Below are positions 8,699 through 17,045 of a stretch of DNA of 64,000 bases, piece by piece (the first letter of the stretch is position 1; every line of letters starts with the position of its first letter). The position numbers and the translations under genes are program-made. The notes under the pieces are model-generated. The model was not told the DNA's origin. It saw only the letters and a program-made list of their open reading frames with translations, and did not search any database. This DNA comes from Pseudomonadota bacterium (GTDB lineage: Bacteria > Pseudomonadota > Alphaproteobacteria > MPNO01 > UBA2964): contig JAYZFG010000006.1 in the NCBI GenBank assembly GCA_036336885.1, forward strand, positions 8,933-72,932. Direction: 5' to 3'.

Positions 8699-10030
8699 TT
8701 GCAGTTTATCAAGAATAATAGGGCCTTCCAATTTAAACTCCTTGGTATGCTAATAGTGGCGGTTTCACTTGTGCTTGGGACTTGGTTTTGTGCCCGAGAA
8801 TATTACTCCGTTAAGCCGTCGCCAGTTTCCAAAAGAAAAGAATTTAAAGTCGTCCTGCCAGCGACACCCGTGACACGTCCTCCACCGGTATTCAAGATGC
8901 CCCCACGGCCACGGGAAATAACAAAAATCACAAAAGCGCGGGTCGGCGATTCTTTTTTATCTTTACTGATAAAAGCTGGCGTAGACACTCCGTCAGCACA
9001 CCTGGCCATACGCACACTAAGCAAGTCCTATCGACCACGAAATCTGAAACCAGGACAACAAGTCCGTATTAGCTTCCAGCCAAATTTTTGGGGAGAAAAA
9101 TCCGGCCCATTCGTTGGGTTTAGCTTTACACCCCGGGCAGAAGAGACCTTTAAAATTCGTTCAAATGGAATTGGCGGTTTTACGCTTAAAAAAATAAAAA
9201 TAGTTTTAAAAAATACTGACGTTCGTATTGCGGGATCCATTAAGACTAGTTTGTACCCAGCTGCGATAAAATCTGGAATGGCAGCATCCAGCTTGGTGAA
9301 TTTGATAAGACTATTTAGTTGGGATGTGGACTTTCAGCGAGACATTCAGAAAAATGATAAATTTGACGTTTTGATTGAAAAGCTTCACAAAAACAATGGC
9401 AAATTTGCACGCTGGGGGCGAATTCTATACGCGGAACTAACCTTGAGCAAAAAACCCATCCGCTTATATCGTTTTGAGTCCAATCGCCATGGAGTTGAAT
9501 ACTTTGATGATCGCGGGCACAGCGCTCAGAAAGCTCTTATGAAAACTCCTATAGATGGCGCTAGGCTCTCCTCTGGTTATGGGAGACGGCGGCACCCTAT
9601 CCTTGGGTACACTAAAGTTCATCGAGGAGTGGATTTTGCTGCGCCCAGGGGGACACCTATTTATGCCGCAGGCAACGGCGTTATCCGCTATGCGGGGCGT
9701 AAAGGTGCGTATGGAAAATATATTAAAATCCGGCACAATGCCCGGTATTCGACTGCTTACGCTCACCTCCAGCAGTTTAGACGTGGAATACAGAGGGGTC
9801 GTCGTGTCACTCAGGGTCAGATCATTGGTTATGTTGGCTCTACAGGCCGGTCTACAGGTCCACATTTACATTACGAAACTATTGTTAATGGTCGACAAGC
9901 AAATCCCCTGAAACTCAAGCTCCCATCAGGGCGGCGTCTTAAAGGTGTGGAATTAAAACGATTTACCAAAATACGCGATCAATTGAATAATCGATTACGT
10001 AAATTGATTGGGCCAATAACAAATCGCTAA
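8699..10030 (+). CDS. M23 family peptidoglycan endopeptidase (MepM-like)
   Basis: N-terminal TM segment, 'FSWDVDFQRDI', 'HRGVDFAAP.GTP', 'YAHL' and 'GRSTGPHLHYE'. Start codon uncertain. Confidence 0.93.
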   Translation: MQFIKNNRAFQFKLLGMLIVAVSLVLGTWFCAREYYSVKPSPVSKRKEFKVVLPATPVTRPPPVFKMPPRPREITKITKARVGDSFLSLLIKAGVDTPSAHLAIRTLSKSYRPRNLKPGQQVRISFQPNFWGEKSGPFVGFSFTPRAEETFKIRSNGIGGFTLKKIKIVLKNTDVRIAGSIKTSLYPAAIKSGMAASSLVNLIRLFSWDVDFQRDIQKNDKFDVLIEKLHKNNGKFARWGRILYAELTLSKKPIRLYRFESNRHGVEYFDDRGHSAQKALMKTPIDGARLSSGYGRRRHPILGYTKVHRGVDFAAPRGTPIYAAGNGVIRYAGRKGAYGKYIKIRHNARYSTAYAHLQQFRRGIQRGRRVTQGQIIGYVGSTGRSTGPHLHYETIVNGRQANPLKLKLPSGRRLKGVELKRFTKIRDQLNNRLRKLIGPITNR

Positions 10031-10120
10031 ACTAGAATTTATTAAGAATTTATGATAAGGATTTTTGTCGAATTAGTTATTAGCCATGACAAATGGTATT
10101 CCATAAATCAAAATCTCAAG

Positions 10121-10142
10121 AAAGGTATTTGCAAATACCTTT
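10121..10142. repeat. Perfect 22-bp palindrome between convergent genes
   Basis: AAAGGTATTTGCAAATACCTTT is its own reverse complement. Confidence 0.8.
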
Positions 10143-10167
10143 AAGGTAAGAGGAATTAAAAAGAGTT

Positions 10168-10605
10168 TCAGTTTTCAACGTTACACTTGATTTGCCAGCT
10201 AATTTTATTTCTTTTAACTCGATTACTATAATTAATCCGGGAGTTTTTTAATTCGCTCTTTGCTGCATCGATCAATCCCTGTTGAACTGCGGTTGGCAAT
10301 TCATTAAATTTAATTGATACAGTTTTGGGCTGTCTGCCCTTAACGGACCGCGTTTTTTTAGCCTTCTTATTTTTTGACCAAATATCATCCCAGCCGGATC
10401 GGTATTCAGGCGTTTTTATATTACTAAAAAAACCATAGTGAACTGAACTTGCACCTCCAATTGATTCTTTACTAGACTTTCCACTTTCGGTAGACGTTTT
10501 ACTTGTTGCCGTCGTCTCACTTGTTGCCGTCGTCTCACTTTTTGCCGTCGTCTCACTTTTTTTAGAAGAAGATTGAGCATGAGGTTTCTTACTTGTTTCA
10601 GTCAT
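10168..10605 (-). CDS. Hypothetical protein with S/T/K low-complexity N-terminus
   Basis: 145-aa ORF co-oriented with the upstream gene, with a GAGAGA RBS-like element. Globular-looking segment 'HYGFFSNIKTPEYRSGWDDIWSK'. Confidence 0.7.
   Translation of the reverse strand: MTETSKKPHAQSSSKKSETTAKSETTATSETTATSKTSTESGKSSKESIGGASSVHYGFFSNIKTPEYRSGWDDIWSKNKKAKKTRSVKGRQPKTVSIKFNELPTAVQQGLIDAAKSELKNSRINYSNRVKRNKISWQIKCNVEN
10501..10560. repeat. In-frame 18-bp tandem repeat, 3 copies plus a partial
   Basis: ACTT(G/T)TTGCCGTCGTCTC x3, encoding SETTA(K/T) on the minus strand. Confidence 0.92.
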
Positions 10606-10691
10606 AAAAATCTAATTTCTCTCATAAATTCGATTGAGCAATTTCTACACTCGCCAACATTACGAATACAACTTCTTTAAATATTTATAAA

Positions 10692-11561
10692 CTACCTTGT
10701 AGACTTACCGGGTGGCGCTGCTTTCAATTTCCGTCCTAGGAAAGAAATGGTCTTCCTATACAGCAATTCCCTGATTTGATGCCAATGCGAAAATTTAATA
10801 AGTTGGTCCACTTGACCAAATAACGGCAAGGGCAAATCACGTGCTTGCGCAAGGTCCATAGCAATATCCATATCTTTCTCATGCCAAGTAAAACGTGTCC
10901 CATCCCACTCCTCAAGTGTGCCATTTCTACCGGGTGCCTGAAGAAGAGTTTCACGCATTTTTTGCGGGTCAATTCCATAACACTTTGCCAAAAGGAGTAC
11001 CTCCTGGTTGGCTAGGCTGTGCACCCAATGCAGCATATTATTAACAGTCTTCCCAATCTCACCACAACCGAGGCTACCCAAGTGATGAACAGCGCGAGAA
11101 TAACATGCTATTACCGGCGTCGCCTTTTTAACATCAGCAATTGCGCCGCCCACCATTGACGCCAGTGTGCCATCACGCGCGCCACCAAGCCCAAAACAAA
11201 CTGGGGCATCAACAATTTTAAGCCCGCCCTTTTTTGCGATCGCTGCGGCTTCTAAAATCATATCCGGATGACTTGTCGCTGTGATAACTAAAACACTACC
11301 CTTTTTGGCCTTACTTTTTGCCAGGTCTGTCACAACTTGACGGACCTGATCATCATACCCAACCATGATTATTATGACATCGCAAACTCTTCCGAGCTGT
11401 TTAAGAGACTGTGAAGCCTTCGCTCCTTTTTTTACTAACTCACTGACCGCAGATTTACTTAAATCATAAACATAAACATCCTTAAACTTTCCGCTATTCA
11501 GAACATGGGTTGCCATATGATTTCCCATGGCACCAACGCCTACAAACCCAACATTCATCAT
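10692..11561 (-). CDS. NAD(P)-dependent beta-hydroxyacid dehydrogenase (3-hydroxyisobutyrate DH family)
   Basis: 'VGFVGVGAMG' Rossmann motif, 'DAPV', 'GTLASMVGG' and catalytic 'KTVNN'. Confidence 0.9.
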   Translation of the reverse strand: MMNVGFVGVGAMGNHMATHVLNSGKFKDVYVYDLSKSAVSELVKKGAKASQSLKQLGRVCDVIIIMVGYDDQVRQVVTDLAKSKAKKGSVLVITATSHPDMILEAAAIAKKGGLKIVDAPVCFGLGGARDGTLASMVGGAIADVKKATPVIACYSRAVHHLGSLGCGEIGKTVNNMLHWVHSLANQEVLLLAKCYGIDPQKMRETLLQAPGRNGTLEEWDGTRFTWHEKDMDIAMDLAQARDLPLPLFGQVDQLIKFSHWHQIRELLYRKTISFLGRKLKAAPPGKSTR

Positions 11562-11694
11562 TTTCTATCTCCATTAGCTATAATATATCACCACAAATTT
11601 TATATCGAGCGAACCCTAGACCAATAAATCAAATATTTTCCAAGTGAAGTTTAGATCGAACTCTTAAAAAGTTGAGGACACCCGAATGCTTTTA

Positions 11695-12246
11695 TTAAGC
11701 GTGAGTTGGTTCTTCTGTTTCTTCTGCCAAAACTTTAGGGTTGGATTCTTCATCAACTTTTTGAGGTTCGGAAGCAACTTGATCAAAATCTTCGCCATCA
11801 GCAGATCCATTAACTACTTCCATGACCTCGGTATCATCTTTTTCCTGGGGGTCAGCATTCACTGAATTGAATGACTCATTTTCCAAACCATTGCCCTTTT
11901 CTTTTGGCATTTCATTGGCGGCTTTTTGATGGTCATGACCGTTATTCTGTTTATTTCGATGATTTTCCCGTTGCTGTTGCCCTTGTTTATTATCTGCGCT
12001 GCCATTTGTACTTATTACGCGATAATAATGTTCCGCATGCTGATAATAGTTTTCCGCTTTTACGGGGTCGCCAGCAGTCGCTGCCTCACGCGCTAATGCC
12101 TGATACTTATCAACAACTTGTTGAGCAGAGCCCCGTACTTTTATGTCTGGACCGTTACTATCGAAATTGTTACTACGCTGAGGCCGATTTCCACGGCCTG
12201 AGTTCCCCCGGCCGCGAGAACGCCGGTTATTAGGACCTGATCTCAT
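11695..12246 (-). CDS. DUF4167 domain protein
   Basis: 'RRSRGRG..FDSNGPDIKVRGSAQQVVDKYQALAREA...GD.V.AENYYQHAEHYYR'. Usual position downstream of prmC. Start moved to the ATG at 12246. Confidence 0.92.
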   Translation of the reverse strand: MRSGPNNRRSRGRGNSGRGNRPQRSNNFDSNGPDIKVRGSAQQVVDKYQALAREAATAGDPVKAENYYQHAEHYYRVISTNGSADNKQGQQQRENHRNKQNNGHDHQKAANEMPKEKGNGLENESFNSVNADPQEKDDTEVMEVVNGSADGEDFDQVASEPQKVDEESNPKVLAEETEEPTHA

Positions 12247-12249
12247 AAA

Positions 12250-12420
12250 TTTTATTCCGGTTATTGTTGTCACTAACCCCGAAAGGCTTACGAACCAAGT
12301 TCGTCGTCCTGACGTTTGCGCCCCACTTTCCCAACCTAACTGGATGGTTGTTGTGAACCTGCTCACGTAGCCTTTTCAGGAACATTAAGGTGAGTGGCCT
12401 TTGGCCTTTTTCATTCACCG
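12250..12420 (-). promoter_or_regulatory. Candidate structured 5' leader RNA of the DUF4167 gene
   Basis: Long-range stem 12366-12380 with 12278-12292 encloses small hairpins. There is a 5' hairpin at 12389-12419 and an ACAACAAUAA tract before the start. Confidence 0.45.
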
Positions 12421-12483
12421 TAGTTGCACACTAATTGGGATAGCACAGCTTTCCAAGCCTTTTTTTGAATTTAATAATCTAAT

Positions 12484-13335
12484 TCATCGCCCAAAAATAC
12501 AGCACCTTTCTATTCCATCAAGATCTAACCTCGTTTCAACATGCCTTAAATCCGCATTAGAAAAAATTTCAATTACTGATTGCGCTTGCCCTTTACCACA
12601 TTCTATTACCGCAAAGCCCTCTGGTTTTAGTAATCGATAAATATTTGGCGCAAGCTGGCGGAAGGCCGAAAGCCCGTCATTCCCAGCAAATAAAGCACAT
12701 TCTGGCTCGTGGTCACAAACTTCAGGTTCTAGAGAACCTCTCTCATTTTCCGATATATAAGGTGGATTACAGAGAATGATCTCGAAAATTTCGGAGAGGT
12801 CCTCTCCCCAGAAGGACTTTAAAAATTTTATCCTATTATGGACCAAGTTTTTTTCAGCATTTTTACGTGCAATGATTAAAGCAGGTTCAGAAATGTCAAC
12901 ACCAACTCCTTTCGCAAACGGTAACTCGGTTAAAAGCGAGATAATGAGGCAACCACTACCTGTACCTAGATCCAACGCAGAAATGCCTTTTTCTTTTTTT
13001 CCCATTAAATCGACTGCTGCTTGAATTAAAGTTTCGCTGGCTGGGCGCGGATCGAGGACATCTGCACTAACTTCGAAGGACAAACTCCAAAATTCTCTTT
13101 GGCCTATTAAATGGGAAACAGGTTCCCGCAATAAACGCCGTTGAACCAATTCTTCAAATTTTTGTGATGTCCCTATATTTAATTTCCGGCCCAGGTCTGC
13201 AAACAAAGAACCGGGGCCGATCGCCAAAACATGGCAAAGAAGTATCTTAGAGTCTAACTTTGGATTTTGGATACCCGCCGCAGATAATTTTAATTCAGCA
13301 AGTTTCAGAGCTGAGCCAATTGTTATTTCATTCAC
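12484..13335 (-). CDS. prmC: Release factor glutamine methyltransferase
   Basis: 'VLDPRP.SETL', 'LDLGTGSGC' and 'NPPYI'. Overlaps the prfA stop. Confidence 0.96.
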   Translation of the reverse strand: MNEITIGSALKLAELKLSAAGIQNPKLDSKILLCHVLAIGPGSLFADLGRKLNIGTSQKFEELVQRRLLREPVSHLIGQREFWSLSFEVSADVLDPRPASETLIQAAVDLMGKKEKGISALDLGTGSGCLIISLLTELPFAKGVGVDISEPALIIARKNAEKNLVHNRIKFLKSFWGEDLSEIFEIILCNPPYISENERGSLEPEVCDHEPECALFAGNDGLSAFRQLAPNIYRLLKPEGFAVIECGKGQAQSVIEIFSNADLRHVETRLDLDGIERCCIFGR

Positions 13336-14414
13336 CTTTGCGAAAGCTCCGCCAATAAAGCAGCTTGATCTTCCGCAGTCAGTGCATCAATGACTTCATC
13401 CAAAGCATCCCCTTCAATAATCCTATCCAATTTGTGTAATGTTAATCCGATACGATGGTCGGTAACTCGCCCTTGGGGAAAATTATAGGTCCTAATTCTT
13501 TCCGAACGGTCTCCTGTACCTACTTGATTTTTTCGGGTTGCTGCACGTTCTTCTGCAAGAGCCGCGCGTTCAGCCTCGTATACACGCGTTCGCAAAACCT
13601 TCATCGCCTTAGCACGATTTTTATGTTGTGACTTTTCATCCTGCTGGCTAACGACTATCCCCGTAGGCAAATGGGTAATACGAACAGCACTATCCGTAGT
13701 ATTGACGTGCTGGCCACCCGCCCCCTGTGAACGATAAGTGTCAACCCTTATATCTTTGTCCTCAATAGCAACATCAACCTCTTCCGCCTCAGGCATAACG
13801 GCAACTGTAGCAGCTGAGGTATGAATACGCCCACCGGATTCTGTATCTGGTATACGCTGTACACGATGTACTCCAGACTCATATTTAAGACGAGCAAATA
13901 CTCCTTTACCGGAAATTTCAGCTATGCCTTCTTTAAGCCCACCAATTCCTGTATCCGAAAGTTGCATTGCTTGAAATTTCCACCCCTGGCCTTCCGAGTA
14001 GCGTTGATACATTCTGAATAAGTCAGCGGCAAATAAAGCTGCTTCCTCACCACCTGTACCAGCACGAACCTCAAGAATAGCATTTTTTTCATCCGCGGCA
14101 TCTTTGGGTAACAAGAGAATATTTAGTCGATTCTCTATCGTTGGCAAACGGGACCGAGACTGAAGCATCTCCTCTTCTGCCAATGTCCGCATTTCGGAAT
14201 CCGCACTTTGATCAGCAACAATTCCTCCAAGGTCCGCAATCTCATTTTGTAGTTTACGCAGTTCCTCAATACACTCGACAACAGGTGCCAGTTCGGCATA
14301 TTCCATAGAAAGGCGAACAAATTCTTCTGGATTAGTACCATGCTGCCCTGACATCAATTGTGTTAGCTCATCTCGCCGCATAACCAGCTTATTAAGTTTT
14401 TCATCCAAATTCAC
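13332..14414 (-). CDS. prfA: Peptide chain release factor 1
   Basis: '[11 protein letters not shown]', '[13 protein letters not shown]' (PxT), 'GAGGQHVN' and 'RTYNFPQGR'. Confidence 0.98.
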   Translation of the reverse strand: MNLDEKLNKLVMRRDELTQLMSGQHGTNPEEFVRLSMEYAELAPVVECIEELRKLQNEIADLGGIVADQSADSEMRTLAEEEMLQSRSRLPTIENRLNILLLPKDAADEKNAILEVRAGTGGEEAALFAADLFRMYQRYSEGQGWKFQAMQLSDTGIGGLKEGIAEISGKGVFARLKYESGVHRVQRIPDTESGGRIHTSAATVAVMPEAEEVDVAIEDKDIRVDTYRSQGAGGQHVNTTDSAVRITHLPTGIVVSQQDEKSQHKNRAKAMKVLRTRVYEAERAALAEERAATRKNQVGTGDRSERIRTYNFPQGRVTDHRIGLTLHKLDRIIEGDALDEVIDALTAEDQAALLAELSQR

Positions 14415-14531
14415 AGCTTTTCCCCTTCGTCACCCTCAAATAGTGGCCGACCGGAATCATGTTAAAGAACCTTAGAAATAAATTAATTAAGCAAAATTGA
14501 AAACGCATAAAAGGCTAAATTGATCATAATT

Positions 14532-14552
14532 GCTCGGAAAAAATAACCGAGC
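14532..14552 (-). terminator. Stem-loop downstream of hisS
   Basis: GCTCGG-N9-CCGAGC inverted repeat. The U-tract is weak. Confidence 0.35.
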
Positions 14553-14578
14553 TTTAGTGATACCCAAATGAAATATTG

Positions 14579-15823
14579 CTAAAGGAAATCTGTAAGATAG
14601 TCTGAGAGGGAATCAAACGCTACTTCCTCTTGATGCCCCGTATCCAGATTCCGCACTGTGACACTACCACGTTTAATTTCATCTGGTCCAAGAATTACGG
14701 AAACCGAAGCATTTAAAGTGTTTGCACGTTTTAAACGGCGACTAATGTTACCACGATATCCCAATTCAACAAAAAATCCAGATGACCGCAATCGTTGTGT
14801 TAATACCAATGCTTCTTCCTGCAATTCGGGTCCAACAGGGACTACAGCAATGGGTCGTTTTTTTTCTGGAGAATTATTAATTAGCATTGCCAAACGTTCT
14901 ATACCCGCTGCCCAGCCAATTCCTGATGTTGCAGGGCCACCCATTTGTTCGACGAGACCATCGTATCTTCCTCCTGCAAGGATTGTACCCTGGGCCCCAA
15001 GGTCTTCCGTGGTGAACTCAAAAGCAGTATGACAATAATAGTCTAATCCCCTTACCAGGCGAGAATTCAATTGGTACGAGATAGATAATTGATCTAAGCC
15101 TTCTTTCACCTTCGCAAAAAATTCCGTTGATTCTAAATCAAGACTTTCAGAGAAATCGGGAGAATTGGATACAATTTCCCGATCAACTTTTGCTTTAGAA
15201 TCTAGTATTCTCATAGGATTCCGTTCAAGTCTACTCTGGCTATCCTCGGAGAGATCCTTACGAAATTCCTGCAAATATTCGATCAAATTTTTACGATAGT
15301 CCATCCGACTTTTTGTGTTTCCAAGCGTATTTATTTCTAGCGTAGCTTTGGTTAAAATACCCAACTCATCCAAAACATGAGTGGCAAGCGCTATAACCTC
15401 AATATCGCCTATCGCCTCGGGAACGCCGAGAAGCTCAACGCCCATTTGATGAAATTGTCTAAATCTGCCCTTTTGTGGACGCTCATACCGAAACATTGGA
15501 CCGTTATAAAAATATTTCAGCGGCAAGTTCTGTGTTAAGCCGTTAGAAATCAGCATTCGAGCAACACCAGCTGTACCCTCGGGCCTCAAGGTAATTTCTT
15601 CGCCGCCTTTATCTGAAAAAGAATACATCTCCTTTGTGACAATATCTGACGTATCGCCAAGAGTGCGTTTAAATACATCTGAAAATTCAAAAATTGGGGT
15701 GGCAATTTCAGAATAACCATAACGCTCTGCTAAATTACGCACTTTATCCACCAGATAACGATACTGCCTACAATCCTCCGGCATAATGTCGCGCGTTCCC
15801 CGCACTGGTTGTAAATCGGGCAT
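14579..15823 (-). CDS. hisS: Histidine--tRNA ligase
   Basis: 'RGTRD', 'LRPEGTA', 'FRYERPQKGRFRQFHQ', 'LVRGLDYY' and 'GGRYDGL'. Confidence 0.98.
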   Translation of the reverse strand: MPDLQPVRGTRDIMPEDCRQYRYLVDKVRNLAERYGYSEIATPIFEFSDVFKRTLGDTSDIVTKEMYSFSDKGGEEITLRPEGTAGVARMLISNGLTQNLPLKYFYNGPMFRYERPQKGRFRQFHQMGVELLGVPEAIGDIEVIALATHVLDELGILTKATLEINTLGNTKSRMDYRKNLIEYLQEFRKDLSEDSQSRLERNPMRILDSKAKVDREIVSNSPDFSESLDLESTEFFAKVKEGLDQLSISYQLNSRLVRGLDYYCHTAFEFTTEDLGAQGTILAGGRYDGLVEQMGGPATSGIGWAAGIERLAMLINNSPEKKRPIAVVPVGPELQEEALVLTQRLRSSGFFVELGYRGNISRRLKRANTLNASVSVILGPDEIKRGSVTVRNLDTGHQEEVAFDSLSDYLTDFL

Positions 15824-15828
15824 TTGTA

Positions 15829-16935
15829 TTAACGTTCACTAGGTTTGCGAGAAAGAAGAGAATCAGGATCCATAATTATGTCACGGTAAACAGCTCCAAC
15901 AGGCCCAAGCGGTTCTATTTTATTCCCGTCAACAAGAATATTGACCCCACCAGCGTTGCCGGTTGTAAATCTAATCCCAGGCCGATTTGGAACCTTATAC
16001 GTATCTCCTATTCTCAAAATCTTTGAAATCAATCTTTTTCCGTCTGAGTCCCTGAGCTCTACCCAAGATGTCATGTTAGCCTGTAACACTATCCTATTTG
16101 TTATAGGAGCATTTGTTCTCGGTGCCACCACTAATTTTTTTACGTTATCTAAATCACTATTTTTTTCTTCAATTTTATTGATTGTAGTTGGATTGGATTT
16201 AGCAGGCTCCATAGTTGGGGTTTCAATTTGTATTTTCTTTTTTTCTGAAAATTTTTTACTACTTAAGCCTTTGTCATTTTTATTTCTTGCCAACTTAGAT
16301 TTTTCCAACGTTGTTGTGTCTCGGATTTTATCCATATGCGTGTCCCTAGTGAAAATTTCTTTGTCACTAGATTGATCGAGATCATGATTTTTATTAGTGG
16401 ATCGCAAAGTTTTTCTAGACGCAGACTTAGGAGTATCACTAATATTTGGTTCCAAACCAGTGATCTCAGCTAATTTTTTAGGCAAATCTGAAACAGTTTG
16501 TCTGGCGTTTTGACCATGAAGTGTTAAATAATACCAACCGCCATAAGCTCCGATAGTAAGAATTACGGCAAGCAATAATACGAAACCAGTAGGCAACCGC
16601 GTTTCGTTTATAGGCGAGGGAGGCATTAATGGTTTCAGGTCATTTTGGTCATCAGTCGCCTCAGTATAGCGCCTCATTACCTCTGCAATATCTAGGTCAA
16701 GATAACCAGCGTAGGCGCGTACAAACCCGGTTGCGTAAGTAGGCCCTGGCAATTGGTCAAACCTACCCTCTTCTATAGCATTTAAATAAACTTCACGAAT
16801 CCGTAGGGCATCAGCGACCTCGACTAAATCGCGATTTAATTCTCGCCGCATTTTGCGAAATGCCATACCAAACTCTCGAGGCATTTCGTTAATGGCGCCC
16901 AATTCAGATCCCGTTTCTTTCCCGGACTCTGCCAA
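15829..16935 (-). CDS. rodZ: RodZ-like cytoskeleton protein (HTH + TM + DUF4115)
   Basis: 'LRIR..YL.AIEEG.F..LPG.TYA.GFVRAYA.YL.LD', a single TM segment and C-terminal 'SWVE...TGNAGG'. Confidence 0.88.
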   Translation of the reverse strand: MAESGKETGSELGAINEMPREFGMAFRKMRRELNRDLVEVADALRIREVYLNAIEEGRFDQLPGPTYATGFVRAYAGYLDLDIAEVMRRYTEATDDQNDLKPLMPPSPINETRLPTGFVLLLAVILTIGAYGGWYYLTLHGQNARQTVSDLPKKLAEITGLEPNISDTPKSASRKTLRSTNKNHDLDQSSDKEIFTRDTHMDKIRDTTTLEKSKLARNKNDKGLSSKKFSEKKKIQIETPTMEPAKSNPTTINKIEEKNSDLDNVKKLVVAPRTNAPITNRIVLQANMTSWVELRDSDGKRLISKILRIGDTYKVPNRPGIRFTTGNAGGVNILVDGNKIEPLGPVGAVYRDIIMDPDSLLSRKPSER

Positions 16936-17045
16936 TGCTACACTCTCATCAACTAATTGGATAAAACACTTTTAGAAAGTGGTATGTGTGGTTAGTAACA
17001 GAATTCGTCTTTACAAATCAACGGTTTCTTAATTTTCCAATTTCG

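Noticed and set aside
10501-10560. 18-bp repeats as a CRISPR array
   Set aside because: The repeats are contiguous with no spacers, lie in frame within a CDS, and have no cas genes nearby.
12230-12418. 62-aa upstream ORF, and the 40-aa N-terminal extension of DUF4167
   Set aside because: No RBS or recognisable protein features. The region is better explained as a structured leader, though a translated uORF is not excluded.
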